Positions 1 to 9,047 of a DNA stretch of 43,581 bases are shown here, piece by piece. Under the pieces are notes generated by a model. That model worked only from the letters and a program-made list of their open reading frames with translations. It did no database searches and was not told the DNA's origin. This DNA is from Ilumatobacteraceae bacterium (GTDB lineage: Bacteria > Actinomycetota > Acidimicrobiia > Acidimicrobiales > Ilumatobacteraceae), in contig JBMOGW010000001.1 of NCBI GenBank assembly GCA_049318165.1, positions 1 through 43,581 of the forward strand, written 5' to 3'. The first letter of the stretch is position 1. Every line of letters starts with the position of its first letter. The translations under genes were made by a program, and so were the position numbers.

Positions 1-1078
1 CCACGCCCGTTCGGCCCAACTGCCGCAGCGCCGCCCAGGTGGCGAAGCCGCGAGCGCGGCGTGACGAGTCGGGCACGAAGTCGCCCGGTGACCGCAGCCC
101 GTCGTTGGCGATCAAGTAGGCCGCGCTGTACGACATCGCCGCGCGATGTGCCTCGGGGTGCGCGCAGAAGGCGTAGCCCGCGTCGTACGGCACGTTGAGC
201 CACTTGTGCCCGTCGGTGCCCCACGAGTCGGCGAGCTCACCACCGCCCATCAGGTGCCGCAGCGCCGGGCTCGCCGAGGCCCAGAGCCCGAAGGCGCCGT
301 CGATGTGCACCCACGCACCGTGCGCCTTGGCGACCGGGATCGCCCCAGCGAAGTCGTCGAACGAGCCGGTGTTCACGTTGCCGGCCTGCAGCACCACGAT
401 CGTCGGGGCGGCCGGGCCGTCGGCCAGCACCCGCTCGAGTTCGGCGACGCGGATGCGTCCCTGGTCGTCGCAGGGCACCGGCTCGAGGCTGCTGTTGCCC
501 ATGCCCAGCAGGCGCAGCGCTCGGTCGATGGTGGCGTGGCGCTCTTCGGTCGCCACCACGCGGATGCGCGGTGCCCCGAAGAGGCCCTGGTTCGGCACGT
601 CCCATCCCACCGCCGCCAACACGTGGTGACGCGCCGCGGCGAGGCCGACGGTGTTGCCGCCCTGTGCGCCGGTGACGAAACCGGTCGACGCCGCGGCTGG
701 CACGCCGAGCAGTTCCTTCAGCCACGCACCGGCGACGTCCTCCACCACGGCGTTGGCAGGCGAGGTGACGGCGTTGTAGCCGTTCTGGTCCCAGGCCGAG
801 CACAGCACGTCGGCGCCGAGGGCTGCCGGCAACGTGGCGCCGGTGACGAAGCCGAAGTAGCGCGGTCCTGCACACGCCACCAGTGCCGGCTCGACGGCAT
901 CGGCCAACTGGCGCACCACATCGGCCGCCTCGACGGGCTCGTCCTGCAGCGAACCGAGCGCCGAGCGCAAGCCGCCGACCGCCTCGTCGGCGGGGAAGAC
1001 GCGCATCTCGTCCACTCGCTCGAGGTGGTCGGCAGCCCGGGATGCGGCAACGGTCAACAGGTCGCGGGCGTCGCTCAT
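1..1078 (-). CDS. PLP-dependent (group II-like) decarboxylase family protein; 3' end runs off the window
   Basis: Absent from the ORF track because it is open at the window edge. Hand translation of the minus strand from ATG at 1078..1076 gives MSDARDLLTVAASRAADHLERVDEMRVFP...GPRYFGFVTGATLPAALGADVL...TIVVLQAGNVNTGSFDDF...WVHIDGAFGLWA...SWGTDGHKWLNVPYDAGYAF. No stop occurs down to position 1. The HIDGAFG and DGHKW (PLP-lysine) motifs are typical of fold-type I PLP decarboxylases. Codon position 3 is G/C rich. Confidence 0.7.
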   Translation of the reverse strand, partial: MSDARDLLTVAASRAADHLERVDEMRVFPADEAVGGLRSALGSLQDEPVEAADVVRQLADAVEPALVACAGPRYFGFVTGATLPAALGADVLCSAWDQNGYNAVTSPANAVVEDVAGAWLKELLGVPAAASTGFVTGAQGGNTVGLAAARHHVLAAVGWDVPNQGLFGAPRIRVVATEERHATIDRALRLLGMGNSSLEPVPCDDQGRIRVAELERVLADGPAAPTIVVLQAGNVNTGSFDDFAGAIPVAKAHGAWVHIDGAFGLWASASPALRHLMGGGELADSWGTDGHKWLNVPYDAGYAFCAHPEAHRAAMSYSAAYLIANDGLRSPGDFVPDSSRRARGFATWAALRQLGRTGV

Positions 1079-1109
1079 CCCGCCATTGTCGCAGCACACG
1101 CGGGTCGGC

Positions 1110-1131
1110 CTGCAGAACTTAAGTTCGGCAG
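1110..1131. promoter_or_regulatory. Imperfect 22-nt palindrome CTGCaGAACTTAAGTTCgGCAG (perfect 12-nt AT-rich core GAACTTAAGTTC); candidate operator or hairpin
   Basis: Read directly in the 58-nt gap between the stop of the 67-aa ORF (1137) and the decarboxylase ATG (1078). The AT-rich core stands out in a GC-rich context. Confidence 0.3.
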
Positions 1132-1136
1132 GGGGG

Positions 1137-1340
1137 TCAGTCGTCGGAGTCGGCGGTTGTGCCGCGCAGGAGGCGGGAGGCCTTCTCGATGGCGCGGCGG
1201 GCCTGAGCGAGGCGCTTGTCGTCAGCGGGTCGGCCGGTCTTGTCGGCCGAGGCCTCACGCAGCTGCTCGAACATCACCTCGTCGAGGTCCTCGGCAACGG
1301 CGTCCAGACGATCGGCGAAGTGGTCGTACGCGCCACTCAC
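1137..1340 (-). CDS. Small hypothetical protein (67 aa), translationally coupled to glcF
   Basis: In-frame GTG at 1340..1338 overlaps the glcF TGA (GTGA overlap). Product: VSGAYDHFADRLDAVAEDLDEVMFEQLREASADKTGRPADDKRLAQARRAIEKASRLLRGTTADSDD. It is helical and acidic with good GC3. The rest of the 449-aa track ORF upstream is Arg-rich read-through inside glcF. Confidence 0.45.
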   Translation of the reverse strand: MSGAYDHFADRLDAVAEDLDEVMFEQLREASADKTGRPADDKRLAQARRAIEKASRLLRGTTADSDD

Positions 1341-2476
1341 AGCGCTTCCGCCAGCAGGTCGATCGGGTGACGCACCACCAGGCCGGCCGCGGCCAGGTGC
1401 ATCGCGCAGCCGGGGTTGGCGCTCGCCACCACGCCGTCGCCGGCACGGGCGATCGACGCCAGCTTGCGCTCGCGGATCTCCCCCGCCAGCTCGGGCTGCA
1501 GGGCCGAGTACGCGCCGCCGGCGCCGCAGCACAGGCCGTCGTCGTCGAGCTCGACGATCTCGGCGACGGTCGCCAGCACGGTGCGCACGCCGGCCTGCGC
1601 GCGCTGCACGTGACGCAGGTGGCAGGGGTCCTGCACGATCACGCGACCAAGGTGCCGCGCCGGGCGCAGCCGGTCGACGTGGCGGGCGACGAACTCCTGC
1701 ACGTCCTGCACGCGGGCACTGAACGCGACGGCCTCTGGCGTGCCGACAAGATGCCCGTACTCCTTCAGCGCGGCGCCGCAGCCGGCCGAGTTGACGACGA
1801 TCGGCGCCTCGCCGGGCATCGAGGCCATCACCTTCGCGGCCAGCGACCGGGCGTCGTCGGTGAGACCCGCGTGCGTGTGCAGCGCTCCGCAGCACCCGCC
1901 GCCCGAGCCGGGCGTGCGATACGTGATGCCGAGGTGGTCGAGCACCTTCGCGGTGCTGCGATGCGTGTCGCGCATCCAGGCGTCCATCACGCAGCCGGTG
2001 AACAGCCAGGCGCCGTCGCCGGTGGACGCCACCGCGCGGCCGCGGCGCACCGGCAGGCGGCTGAGTCCGAGACGCTTCGGCACGAGGTGCAGCCGCTGTG
2101 CGACCGCCATGGCGCTCGAGCCGACGAGCAACAGACGGTGACGCGGCAACGCGGTGAAGGCTGCCTTCTGCCACCAGGGCGTGATGCGGCCCTGTTCGGC
2201 CAGCGACTCGCGCACGCCTTCCTGGATGTGGCCGTACGGCACTCCGGACGGGCAGGCGGGCTCGCAGCCGCGGCACTGCACGCACGTCTCCATGAACGAG
2301 ACGAACTCCGGCGTGATCGGGGCGTCCTCGAGGTGCACTGCTCGGATGGCGGCGATGCGGCCGCGAGGCGACAACGCCTCTTCGCCGCTGACGCGGAACG
2401 TCGGGCAGTGCGGCAGGCACAACCCACAGCTGACGCATGTCGCCAGTTCCTTGTCGTCGAGATGCAGCTTCACCAC
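1337..2476 (-). CDS. glcF: Glycolate oxidase iron-sulfur subunit GlcF / (Fe-S)-binding CCG-domain oxidoreductase
   Basis: Track ORF 1337..2596. The first ~40 aa are Arg/Pro-rich, so the start was moved to in-frame GTG GTG at 2476/2473 (VVKLHLDDKELATC...). Two 4Fe-4S ferredoxin motifs are present (CVSCGLCLPHCP and CVQCRGCEPACP). They are followed by Cys-rich CCG-type repeats (GCVMD, DPCHLRH, CCGAGG). Confidence 0.85.
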   Translation of the reverse strand: MVKLHLDDKELATCVSCGLCLPHCPTFRVSGEEALSPRGRIAAIRAVHLEDAPITPEFVSFMETCVQCRGCEPACPSGVPYGHIQEGVRESLAEQGRITPWWQKAAFTALPRHRLLLVGSSAMAVAQRLHLVPKRLGLSRLPVRRGRAVASTGDGAWLFTGCVMDAWMRDTHRSTAKVLDHLGITYRTPGSGGGCCGALHTHAGLTDDARSLAAKVMASMPGEAPIVVNSAGCGAALKEYGHLVGTPEAVAFSARVQDVQEFVARHVDRLRPARHLGRVIVQDPCHLRHVQRAQAGVRTVLATVAEIVELDDDGLCCGAGGAYSALQPELAGEIRERKLASIARAGDGVVASANPGCAMHLAAAGLVVRHPIDLLAEAL

Positions 2477-2576
2477 GAGGTGACACCGTAGCGGCGCGCC
2501 GCAGCGCTCGACCTCCTGGTCAGCGGACCGCAGCCGGGGTGGGCGCGTCCCCCAGCGGAGCCGTACCCTCGGCGGC

Positions 2577-3371
2577 ATGCCCGAGGGCCACACCATTCAC
2601 CGCATCGCCAAGGACCATTCTCCCCTGCTCACGGGTCGGGCGGTGCACGTCAGTTCGCCGCAGGGCCGCTTCGCCGATGCCGCGGCGCTGGTGGACGGGC
2701 AGGAACTCACGAAGCTCGAGGCGTACGGGAAGCACCTGTTCTACTGGTGGTCGAACGGCCTCGTCGGCCACGTGCACCTCGGCTTGTTCGGCAAGTACCG
2801 GGTGCACCGTGGGCCGGACTCCCCCGCGCCCGTCGGCGCCGTGCGCATGCGCCTCGTCACCGACCTGGCGACGATCGACCTCGCCGGCCCCACCGACTGC
2901 AGCATCGGCACGGCCGACGACCGCGACGCCATCATCCACCGTCTCGGCCCCGACCCGCTGCGCCGCGACGCCAAGCCCACCGTCGCCCTCGATCGCATCC
3001 GCCGCAGCAAGCAGCCGATCGGCGCGCTGCTGTTGGACCAGAAGGTGCTCGCCGGTGTCGGGAACGTGTACCGCGCCGAGGCCCTGTTCGTGAACGGCAT
3101 CCATCCCGAGCGTCCCGGGACGAAGCTGGACGACCACGAACTGAAGGCAATCTGGGACACCACGGTGTCGATGCTCAAGCAGGGCGTGAAGGACAACCGG
3201 ATCATCACGATCGATCGCCACGAGTTCCCCGTGAAGAAGGGCCGCCACCGCCGTGGCGACAACACCTACGTGTACCACCGCGAGGTGTGCCTGCGGTGCG
3301 GCACCCACGTGCAGACGGTGGAACTCGGCGGCCGCAACTGCTACTTCTGCCCCGTCTGCCAACCGGTCTGA
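2577..3371 (+). CDS. nei: Endonuclease VIII / Fpg-Nei family DNA glycosylase-AP lyase
   Basis: The N-terminus MPEGHTIHR carries the catalytic Pro2/Glu3. The length (264 aa) fits the family. A C-terminal zinc finger CLRCGTHVQTVELGGRNCYFCPVCQ is present. Confidence 0.9.
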   Translation: MPEGHTIHRIAKDHSPLLTGRAVHVSSPQGRFADAAALVDGQELTKLEAYGKHLFYWWSNGLVGHVHLGLFGKYRVHRGPDSPAPVGAVRMRLVTDLATIDLAGPTDCSIGTADDRDAIIHRLGPDPLRRDAKPTVALDRIRRSKQPIGALLLDQKVLAGVGNVYRAEALFVNGIHPERPGTKLDDHELKAIWDTTVSMLKQGVKDNRIITIDRHEFPVKKGRHRRGDNTYVYHREVCLRCGTHVQTVELGGRNCYFCPVCQPV

Positions 3372-3381
3372 GCGCGCTCGA

Positions 3382-4233
3382 TCAGGCCGGGGTCCAGCGC
3401 GGCGCCTCGGGGTCGCCGCGCCAGTAGCGCAATCGACGTTCGGCCTCCGCCGCGGCCGCCGCGTCCGTCCGTCCCACGCGCACCCTCATCAGCGTGGCCA
3501 CCAGGTTGCGCAGGTCCGCCAGACACTCCGCCAGCCATTCGCCGCGCAGGTTGATGCCGTATCCCTCGGCGAACGCGTCGTACCACTCCGGCTCGCCGTC
3601 CCAACGCTCGCCCCATGCCATCAGCGGGGCATGGTCCCATGCTGCCGGGCCGAGGCACCGCAGGTCCCAGTCCAACAGCACCGGTCCGTCCGACGACTGC
3701 ACCACGTTGCCCGGATGCACGTCGCCATGGCACAGCACCGGCTCGTGCATCGCTTCCGCCTGCCAACCCTGCCAGCCGTCGAGCGTGGCGAGCATGCCGC
3801 GGCGCGCCGAGTCGTCCAACTCGTCACGCACATCGTCGAGCAACACGTCGATCTGCCAGTGCGGAAAGTCCACACAGCGGCGAAGGCCCGGCCAGTCGGC
3901 TGCATCGAGCGCGTGCACACGCCGCACCATCGCACCGACCGCAGCCCAATCGACGTCACCCGAACCGTGCACTCGCTCGATGGCCAGGACGGCATCGCCG
4001 TCGAGTTCGAGCGGCGGACGCACGATCGCCGGCACGCGCACCCCCGCCTGCCGCAGGCGATGATGGAACGCGACTTCGCCGTCGCCGCCGAACGGCAACG
4101 GTCCGACGCGGAGCACCGCGTCGTCGCCCGCCGCGTAGACGGCCGTGGTCCCCTCGTGCAGCAGCGTCGGCTCGGGCAGCCCCCACCGCGACGCCGCTCG
4201 AGCGGCGACGGCCAGACGCTCAGACGGCGACAC
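3382..4233 (-). CDS. Aminoglycoside/choline-kinase-like phosphotransferase (APH family)
   Basis: Contains the HGDVHPGNV catalytic loop and the LLDWD metal-binding motif of the APH fold. The GTG start at 4233 overlaps the glcE stop by 14 nt. Convergent with nei, with a 10-nt gap. Confidence 0.8.
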   Translation of the reverse strand: MSPSERLAVAARAASRWGLPEPTLLHEGTTAVYAAGDDAVLRVGPLPFGGDGEVAFHHRLRQAGVRVPAIVRPPLELDGDAVLAIERVHGSGDVDWAAVGAMVRRVHALDAADWPGLRRCVDFPHWQIDVLLDDVRDELDDSARRGMLATLDGWQGWQAEAMHEPVLCHGDVHPGNVVQSSDGPVLLDWDLRCLGPAAWDHAPLMAWGERWDGEPEWYDAFAEGYGINLRGEWLAECLADLRNLVATLMRVRVGRTDAAAAAEAERRLRYWRGDPEAPRWTPA

Positions 4234-5086
4234 CGGGGTTCAACCTTCCCGACGGGTCCAGCTCGCGCTTCACCGCTGCTGCGAGTTCGACCACCCGAGC
4301 GGGCCGCTGCGGCGCGGTCCACGGCTCGGCGTGATGCACGATGCCGACACCGATCTCGGCGACGAACGCGCCGCGCACCGAGGCGATCTCGGCCGGAGGC
4401 AGCGAGCGACGGCTACCGGAGGGCAGCGCCGGCGGCCCGTCGCACGGCGACAGGCCTGCGGCGAGGAACTGCGACGCGATGTCGTCGGGGTGACCCTCCA
4501 GCAGCGCCCACACGAAGGCGCCGTCCCACAACACCGAGACCGGTCGGTACAGCACCGCCGTGATCGGGCTCGGGTCCGCACACGCCGCGGTACCCCACTG
4601 CGACGCCACCGGCAGCGGCCGCGTGCGCAGGATCACTTCACCCAGGAAACCCAGCGTGCCGCGCGAGCCGACGAGCAGGCGGCACAGGTCGAACCCGCTG
4701 ACGTTCTTCACCGTCGGCCCGCCGGCCTTCACCACCTCGCCGGCGGCGCCGACGTAGCGGGCCTGCAGCAGCACGTCGCGCACCGGGCCGTGGCCCAGCC
4801 GACGGATGCCGGACTGCCCGACGGCGAGGGCTCCACCCACCGTGCCACCAGCTGGCAGCGCCACGGTCTGGCCGTGCGCGGCGAGCGCGTCCACCAACTC
4901 GTCGACCGGTGTGCCGGCTCCGCAGCAGACCGTCATCTCGTCGGGCTGCACCCAGTCGATGCCGGCCGGCGCACGTACGCAGCGCACACCGTCGACGGGA
5001 CCACCCCGGCTGCCGGCTCCCGTGACCGTCACCGGCCCGTCGGCGCCCACCTCGGCGGCGAACGAGTCGAGGTCGATCACACCCAC
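4220..5086 (-). CDS. glcE: Glycolate oxidase FAD-binding subunit GlcE-like
   Basis: Contains FAD-binding PCMH-type sequence (GGTVGGALAVGQSG, GGPTVKNVSGFDLCRLLVGSRGTLGF). The start was moved to in-frame GTG at 5086 (or 5080), overlapping the glcD TGA at 5077..5079. The track ORF up to 5740 is read-through inside glcD. Confidence 0.75.
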   Translation of the reverse strand: MGVIDLDSFAAEVGADGPVTVTGAGSRGGPVDGVRCVRAPAGIDWVQPDEMTVCCGAGTPVDELVDALAAHGQTVALPAGGTVGGALAVGQSGIRRLGHGPVRDVLLQARYVGAAGEVVKAGGPTVKNVSGFDLCRLLVGSRGTLGFLGEVILRTRPLPVASQWGTAACADPSPITAVLYRPVSVLWDGAFVWALLEGHPDDIASQFLAAGLSPCDGPPALPSGSRRSLPPAEIASVRGAFVAEIGVGIVHHAEPWTAPQRPARVVELAAAVKRELDPSGRLNPGVAV

Positions 5087-6498
5087 GCCCCTTCGGGCAC
5101 GTGCTGGGCGTCGCCGCACGCCGCCGGGGACGGGAGCACCTTGAACGGGTTGGCAAGCCCTACGGGGTCGAACGCGCGACGCATCGCCGCCTGGGCCGCA
5201 AGGTCCGCAGGGGCGAACATCTTCGGCATCAGGTCGCGCTTCTCCAGCCCGATGCCGTGCTCGCCCGACAGCACACCACCGGCGGCGACGGAGGCGCTGA
5301 CGATCTCCTCGCCTGCAGCGTGCACCCGCTCGAGCGCGCCGGGTTCGCTCTTGTCGAACACCAGCAGCGGATGCAGGTTGCCGTCGCCGGCATGGAACAC
5401 GTTCATCACCAGCAGGCCGTGCCGCTCGACGATCTCGTACACCTGACGCAGCACGTCGGGCAGCACGCGTCGCGGCACCACCGTGTCGTGCAGGTAGTAG
5501 TTCGGCTTGATGCGAGCGACGGCGCCGAAGGCCGTCTTGCGGCCCTTCCACAGCAACGCCCGCTCGGCCTCGTCCTGGGCGATGCGCACCGTGCCCGCGC
5601 CGTGTTCGCGACCGATGGAAACGATGCGGTCCGTGTCGGCCGCCAGAGCGTGGGGCAGACCCACCACCTCCACCAGCAGCACTGCAGCAGCATCGACCGG
5701 GAGACCCGCATGGATGTACGCCTCGACCGCCTGCACACACAGCTGGTCCATCATCTCCAAGGCCGCCGGCACCATGCCCGCGGCGATGATGGCACTCACC
5801 GTCCGCGCACCATCGTCGACGCTGGCGAAGTCCATCAGCATCGTCGTCACTCCCGGCGCGTTCTGCGTGAGACGCACCAGCACGCGTGTGGCGATGCCGA
5901 ACATGCCCTCGCTGCCGACGAACGCGCCACGCAGGTCGAGTCCCTCCGTCTCGGGCTCCTCACCGCCCAGCTGCACCACCGAGCCGTCGCTCAGCACCAC
6001 CTCCACCGCCAGCACGTGCGATGCGGTCACACCGTCGGCCAGGCAGTGCGGTCCGCCCGAGTTGTTGGCGACGTTGCCGCCGATCGAGCAGCTCTGCTGG
6101 CTGCTGGGGTCCGGCGCGAAATGCAGACCGAAGGCGGCCATCTGTTTCGTGAGGTCGAGATTCAGCACCCCGGGCTCCACCCACGCCATCCGGTTCACGG
6201 TGTCGACCGACAGCACCCGGTTCATCTTCGTCGTCGCGATCACCAGCGCCCCGTCGAGCGGCGTGGCGCCGCCCGCCAGGCCCGTGCCGGCACCGCGCGC
6301 TACGAAGGGCACCCCGTGACGTCCGGCGGCGAGCACCGCCGCACGCACCTCCTGCGTCGTCAACGGGAAGCACACCACCGACGCGCTGCCGGTGATGTTG
6401 GAGGCGTCGCGCCCGTAGAGACCGAGTTCGGTCACGTTGGTGCGCACGCGATCGGCAGACAGGGCCGCCCGCAGCTCGGACGCCAGCGCCTCACTCAT
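5077..6498 (-). CDS. glcD: Glycolate oxidase subunit GlcD / FAD-linked oxidase
   Basis: From ATG at 6498: MSEALASELRAALSADRVRTNVTELGLYGRDAS...FVARGAGTGLAGGATP...PSSQQSCSIGGNVANNSGGPHC, typical of GlcD/D-lactate dehydrogenase. The first 110 aa of the track ORF are Arg/Gly junk. An ATGA overlap links it to the upstream 116-aa ORF. Confidence 0.9.
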   Translation of the reverse strand: MSEALASELRAALSADRVRTNVTELGLYGRDASNITGSASVVCFPLTTQEVRAAVLAAGRHGVPFVARGAGTGLAGGATPLDGALVIATTKMNRVLSVDTVNRMAWVEPGVLNLDLTKQMAAFGLHFAPDPSSQQSCSIGGNVANNSGGPHCLADGVTASHVLAVEVVLSDGSVVQLGGEEPETEGLDLRGAFVGSEGMFGIATRVLVRLTQNAPGVTTMLMDFASVDDGARTVSAIIAAGMVPAALEMMDQLCVQAVEAYIHAGLPVDAAAVLLVEVVGLPHALAADTDRIVSIGREHGAGTVRIAQDEAERALLWKGRKTAFGAVARIKPNYYLHDTVVPRRVLPDVLRQVYEIVERHGLLVMNVFHAGDGNLHPLLVFDKSEPGALERVHAAGEEIVSASVAAGGVLSGEHGIGLEKRDLMPKMFAPADLAAQAAMRRAFDPVGLANPFKVLPSPAACGDAQHVPEGAWV

Positions 6499-6845
6499 GC
6501 GCGTCGGCGTCGGCCCGGTTGATCGCGCGCGTCGCGCACCTGCTTCAGCACGATCACCTGGCCCGGCTCGACCGGCAGGCCGTCGACGATGACCGCGTCG
6601 CCGTCGTCCAGTTCGTCGGCCAACGTGCTCACGCGGCCATCCATACGAGCGCGCAGCTCGGCCTCCTTGGCCTGCATCGCGCGACGGCCGTCGACGAACG
6701 CCTCGCGCACGCGGTCCGACGTCTTCTTCGCCATCTGCGCCGGCGCGTACTCGACCATCACGACCTTGGCCTTCTTGCGCGCCATGTTCGCTCCGGCCAC
6801 GCCGGCGACCGCGCCGCCGACGAACCACGTGACCCGCTTCATCAT
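6495..6845 (-). CDS. Hypothetical N-terminally membrane-anchored protein (116 aa)
   Basis: MMKRVTWFVGGAVAGVAGANMARKK... has a Gly/Ala-rich hydrophobic N-terminus, then a charged helical region. ATGA overlaps occur at both ends (with the DUF948 gene at 6842..6845 and glcD at 6495..6498). Confidence 0.55.
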   Translation of the reverse strand: MMKRVTWFVGGAVAGVAGANMARKKAKVVMVEYAPAQMAKKTSDRVREAFVDGRRAMQAKEAELRARMDGRVSTLADELDDGDAVIVDGLPVEPGQVIVLKQVRDARDQPGRRRRA

Positions 6846-7243
6846 GCGCTCTTCCTCATGTCCTTCTTCTCCCGGCGGCGCAGCCGACGCACGGCGCGCT
6901 TGGTGCCGGTGCCGATGGCAACGGTCTTGATGACGGGGGTGCTGAGCGCGGCGCGGGCCATGCGGCTGCCACCCGCGACCGCACCGCTGATCGCCTCGGC
7001 AGAGCCGAGCACGCGGTCGAACCGATCGAGGTCGTCTCGGGCTTCCTCCACCACGGCCCGGGTGTCGAGCGTGGTGTCGCGCAGTTCGGCCAGCAACGGG
7101 CGGGTCTCGGCGCGCAAGCTCTCCACTTCGCTCCGCAGCGCCTTCAGACTGTCGAGCACTCGCATCAGCACCACCACGAGGGCGGCGAAACCGATGCAGC
7201 ACAGGACCGCAGCCATCAGCACGGCCAGTTCTCCAGCGGTCAT
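6842..7243 (-). CDS. DUF948-like membrane-anchored coiled-coil protein
   Basis: 133 aa. An N-terminal TM helix (LAVLMAAVLCCIGFAALVVVLM) is followed by a heptad-like charged region (LDSLKALRSEVESLRAETRPLLAELRDT...). I recognise this layout as DUF948. An ATGA overlap links it to the rarA stop. Confidence 0.6.
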   Translation of the reverse strand: MTAGELAVLMAAVLCCIGFAALVVVLMRVLDSLKALRSEVESLRAETRPLLAELRDTTLDTRAVVEEARDDLDRFDRVLGSAEAISGAVAGGSRMARAALSTPVIKTVAIGTGTKRAVRRLRRREKKDMRKSA

Positions 7244-8541
7244 TCGGTTCCTCCCTTCGTGTCGTCGGCGGTGCGCTCGGCCATCCGCTCGGCAACCCTC
7301 GCCTCGGCGCCGTGACGCGTCGGCTCGTAGTAGCGCTTGGTGGCCTGTTCGTCCGGCAGGTACTGCTGGTCCACCCAGCCGCCGGGGTGGTCATGAGGGT
7401 AGTCGTAGCCCGCACCATGGCCCAGCACCTTGGCCCCTTGGTAGTGGGCGTCGCGCAGGTGCGGCGGCACCTCCCCCACGGCACCCGCCTGCACATCCGA
7501 GCGGGCATTCCAGATGGCCAGCGCCGCGCGGTTGCTCTTCGGCGCCGTCGCCAGGTGGATGCACGCCTGACTGAGATTCAGCTGCGCCTCGGGCAGGCCG
7601 ACGTGGTCGAGCGCCTGTGCGGCGGCGACGGCCACGACCAGGCTCTGCGGGTCGGCCAGACCGACGTCCTCGCTGGCGAAGATGATCATTCGTCGGGCGA
7701 TGAAGCGTGCGTCCTCGCCGGCCTCCAGCATCCGGGCCAGGTAGTACACGGCCGCCTGCGGATCGCTGCCGCGCATGCTCTTGATGAACGCACTGATGAC
7801 GTCGTAGTGGTCGTCACGCCCGTACCGCAGGGCGCTGGTGCCCAGCGCAGCCTCCACGTGCTCCAACGTCACCGGGCCCGGGTGCGACAGTGCGCACGCC
7901 ACCTCCAACGCAGTGAGCACCTGCCGCCCATCACCGCCCGCACGGTCCGCCAGATGGGCGATCGCGTCGTCGTCGGCGATGCGCCCCTCGGCCTGCAGGC
8001 CGCGGTGGATCAGCGTGACGATGTCGTCCTTGCGCAGCGGCTCGAGGCGGAACAGCGTGCTGCGACTGCGCAACGGAGGGTTCACCTCGAAGAACGGGTT
8101 CTCGGTGGTGGCGCCGATCAGCGTCAGCGTGCCGTCCTCCACCGCTGGCAGCAGCGCGTCCTGCTGCGACTTGGAGAAGCGGTGGATCTCGTCGAGGAAC
8201 AGGATCGTCCCGCGACCCTGCTCGCCGAGGCGGTGGCGGGCGCGCTCGATCACCTCGCGCACGTCCTTCACCCCGGCCGTCACCGCACTGAGCTGCTCGA
8301 ACGCACGCTTGGTGCTGCCGGCAACGGCGAGTGCGAGCGTGGTCTTGCCCGTGCCGGGTGGCCCCCAGAAGATGGCGCTCGTCAGCCGGTCCTGTTCCAC
8401 GAGGCGGCGCAACGGCTTGCCGGGGCCCACCAGGTGCTCCTGCCCCACGACGTCGTCGAGCGTGCGCGGGCGCAGCCGTGCGGCCAGCGGCGCCTGCTGG
8501 CGCAGGCGGTCCTCGGCGGCGGCGCTGAACAGGTCGGACAC
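7240..8541 (-). CDS. rarA: Replication-associated recombination protein A (AAA+ ATPase RarA/MgsA)
   Basis: Walker A GPPGTGKTT, Walker B ILFLDEIHRF, and the MgsA C-terminal region (YYLARMLEAGEDARFIARR, HLRDAHY). The start was moved to GTG at 8541 (VSDLFSAAAEDRL...), downstream of the Nudix stop at 8576. Confidence 0.9.
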   Translation of the reverse strand: MSDLFSAAAEDRLRQQAPLAARLRPRTLDDVVGQEHLVGPGKPLRRLVEQDRLTSAIFWGPPGTGKTTLALAVAGSTKRAFEQLSAVTAGVKDVREVIERARHRLGEQGRGTILFLDEIHRFSKSQQDALLPAVEDGTLTLIGATTENPFFEVNPPLRSRSTLFRLEPLRKDDIVTLIHRGLQAEGRIADDDAIAHLADRAGGDGRQVLTALEVACALSHPGPVTLEHVEAALGTSALRYGRDDHYDVISAFIKSMRGSDPQAAVYYLARMLEAGEDARFIARRMIIFASEDVGLADPQSLVVAVAAAQALDHVGLPEAQLNLSQACIHLATAPKSNRAALAIWNARSDVQAGAVGEVPPHLRDAHYQGAKVLGHGAGYDYPHDHPGGWVDQQYLPDEQATKRYYEPTRHGAEARVAERMAERTADDTKGGTE

Positions 8542-8575
8542 CGGATCGACCGTAGCGGATCGTGCCGCGAGCGGC

Positions 8576-9028
8576 TCAGAGCGTGCCGAGGACGCGGGCG
8601 TACGCGTCGTGACGGAACGGCGGCACATGGTCGATCAGCCATACCGGCGTGACCCACTTCCAGGCGACGAACTCGCTGCCATCGGGCCGCGGCACGATGT
8701 CGGGACGCAGCGCATGGAACAGGAACCAGCGCTGCACCTGGCCCAACTTGTCCCGACGTGTCGCCTTGGCCCGCCGCGCCTCGGGCGGCCACTCGTAGGC
8801 CACCCAGTCGGGAAACTCGGCGAGCACGTCGACGTGCTCGGGGCCGAGCGCGGTCTCCTCCAGCAGCTCACGCCAGGCGGCCACGATCGGCGTCTCGCCG
8901 TCGTTCATGCCGCCCTGTGGCAGCTGCCAGCTGCCGCGGTTGTCGGCGCGCTCGAACGCCATCACGTGTTCGAGATCCGGGTGCCGCACGACGATGACGA
9001 CGCCGGCCCGGAAGTACAGGCCGCTCAT
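8576..9028 (-). CDS. rppH: Nudix hydrolase, RppH-like RNA pyrophosphohydrolase
   Basis: Nudix box [23 protein letters not shown]. It also has RppH-like flanks ([35 protein letters not shown]). Confidence 0.75.
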   Translation of the reverse strand: MSGLYFRAGVVIVVRHPDLEHVMAFERADNRGSWQLPQGGMNDGETPIVAAWRELLEETALGPEHVDVLAEFPDWVAYEWPPEARRAKATRRDKLGQVQRWFLFHALRPDIVPRPDGSEFVAWKWVTPVWLIDHVPPFRHDAYARVLGTL

Positions 9029-9047
9029 CGGCCCATCCTCGCGCCCG

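Noticed and set aside
146-2491. 781-aa plus-strand ORF spanning the left end
   Set aside because: Its composition is Arg/Ala/Gly/His-rich with no recognisable domain. It lies antisense to the well-supported decarboxylase, 67-aa and glcF reading frames. This is the typical stop-codon-poor antisense frame of GC-rich DNA.
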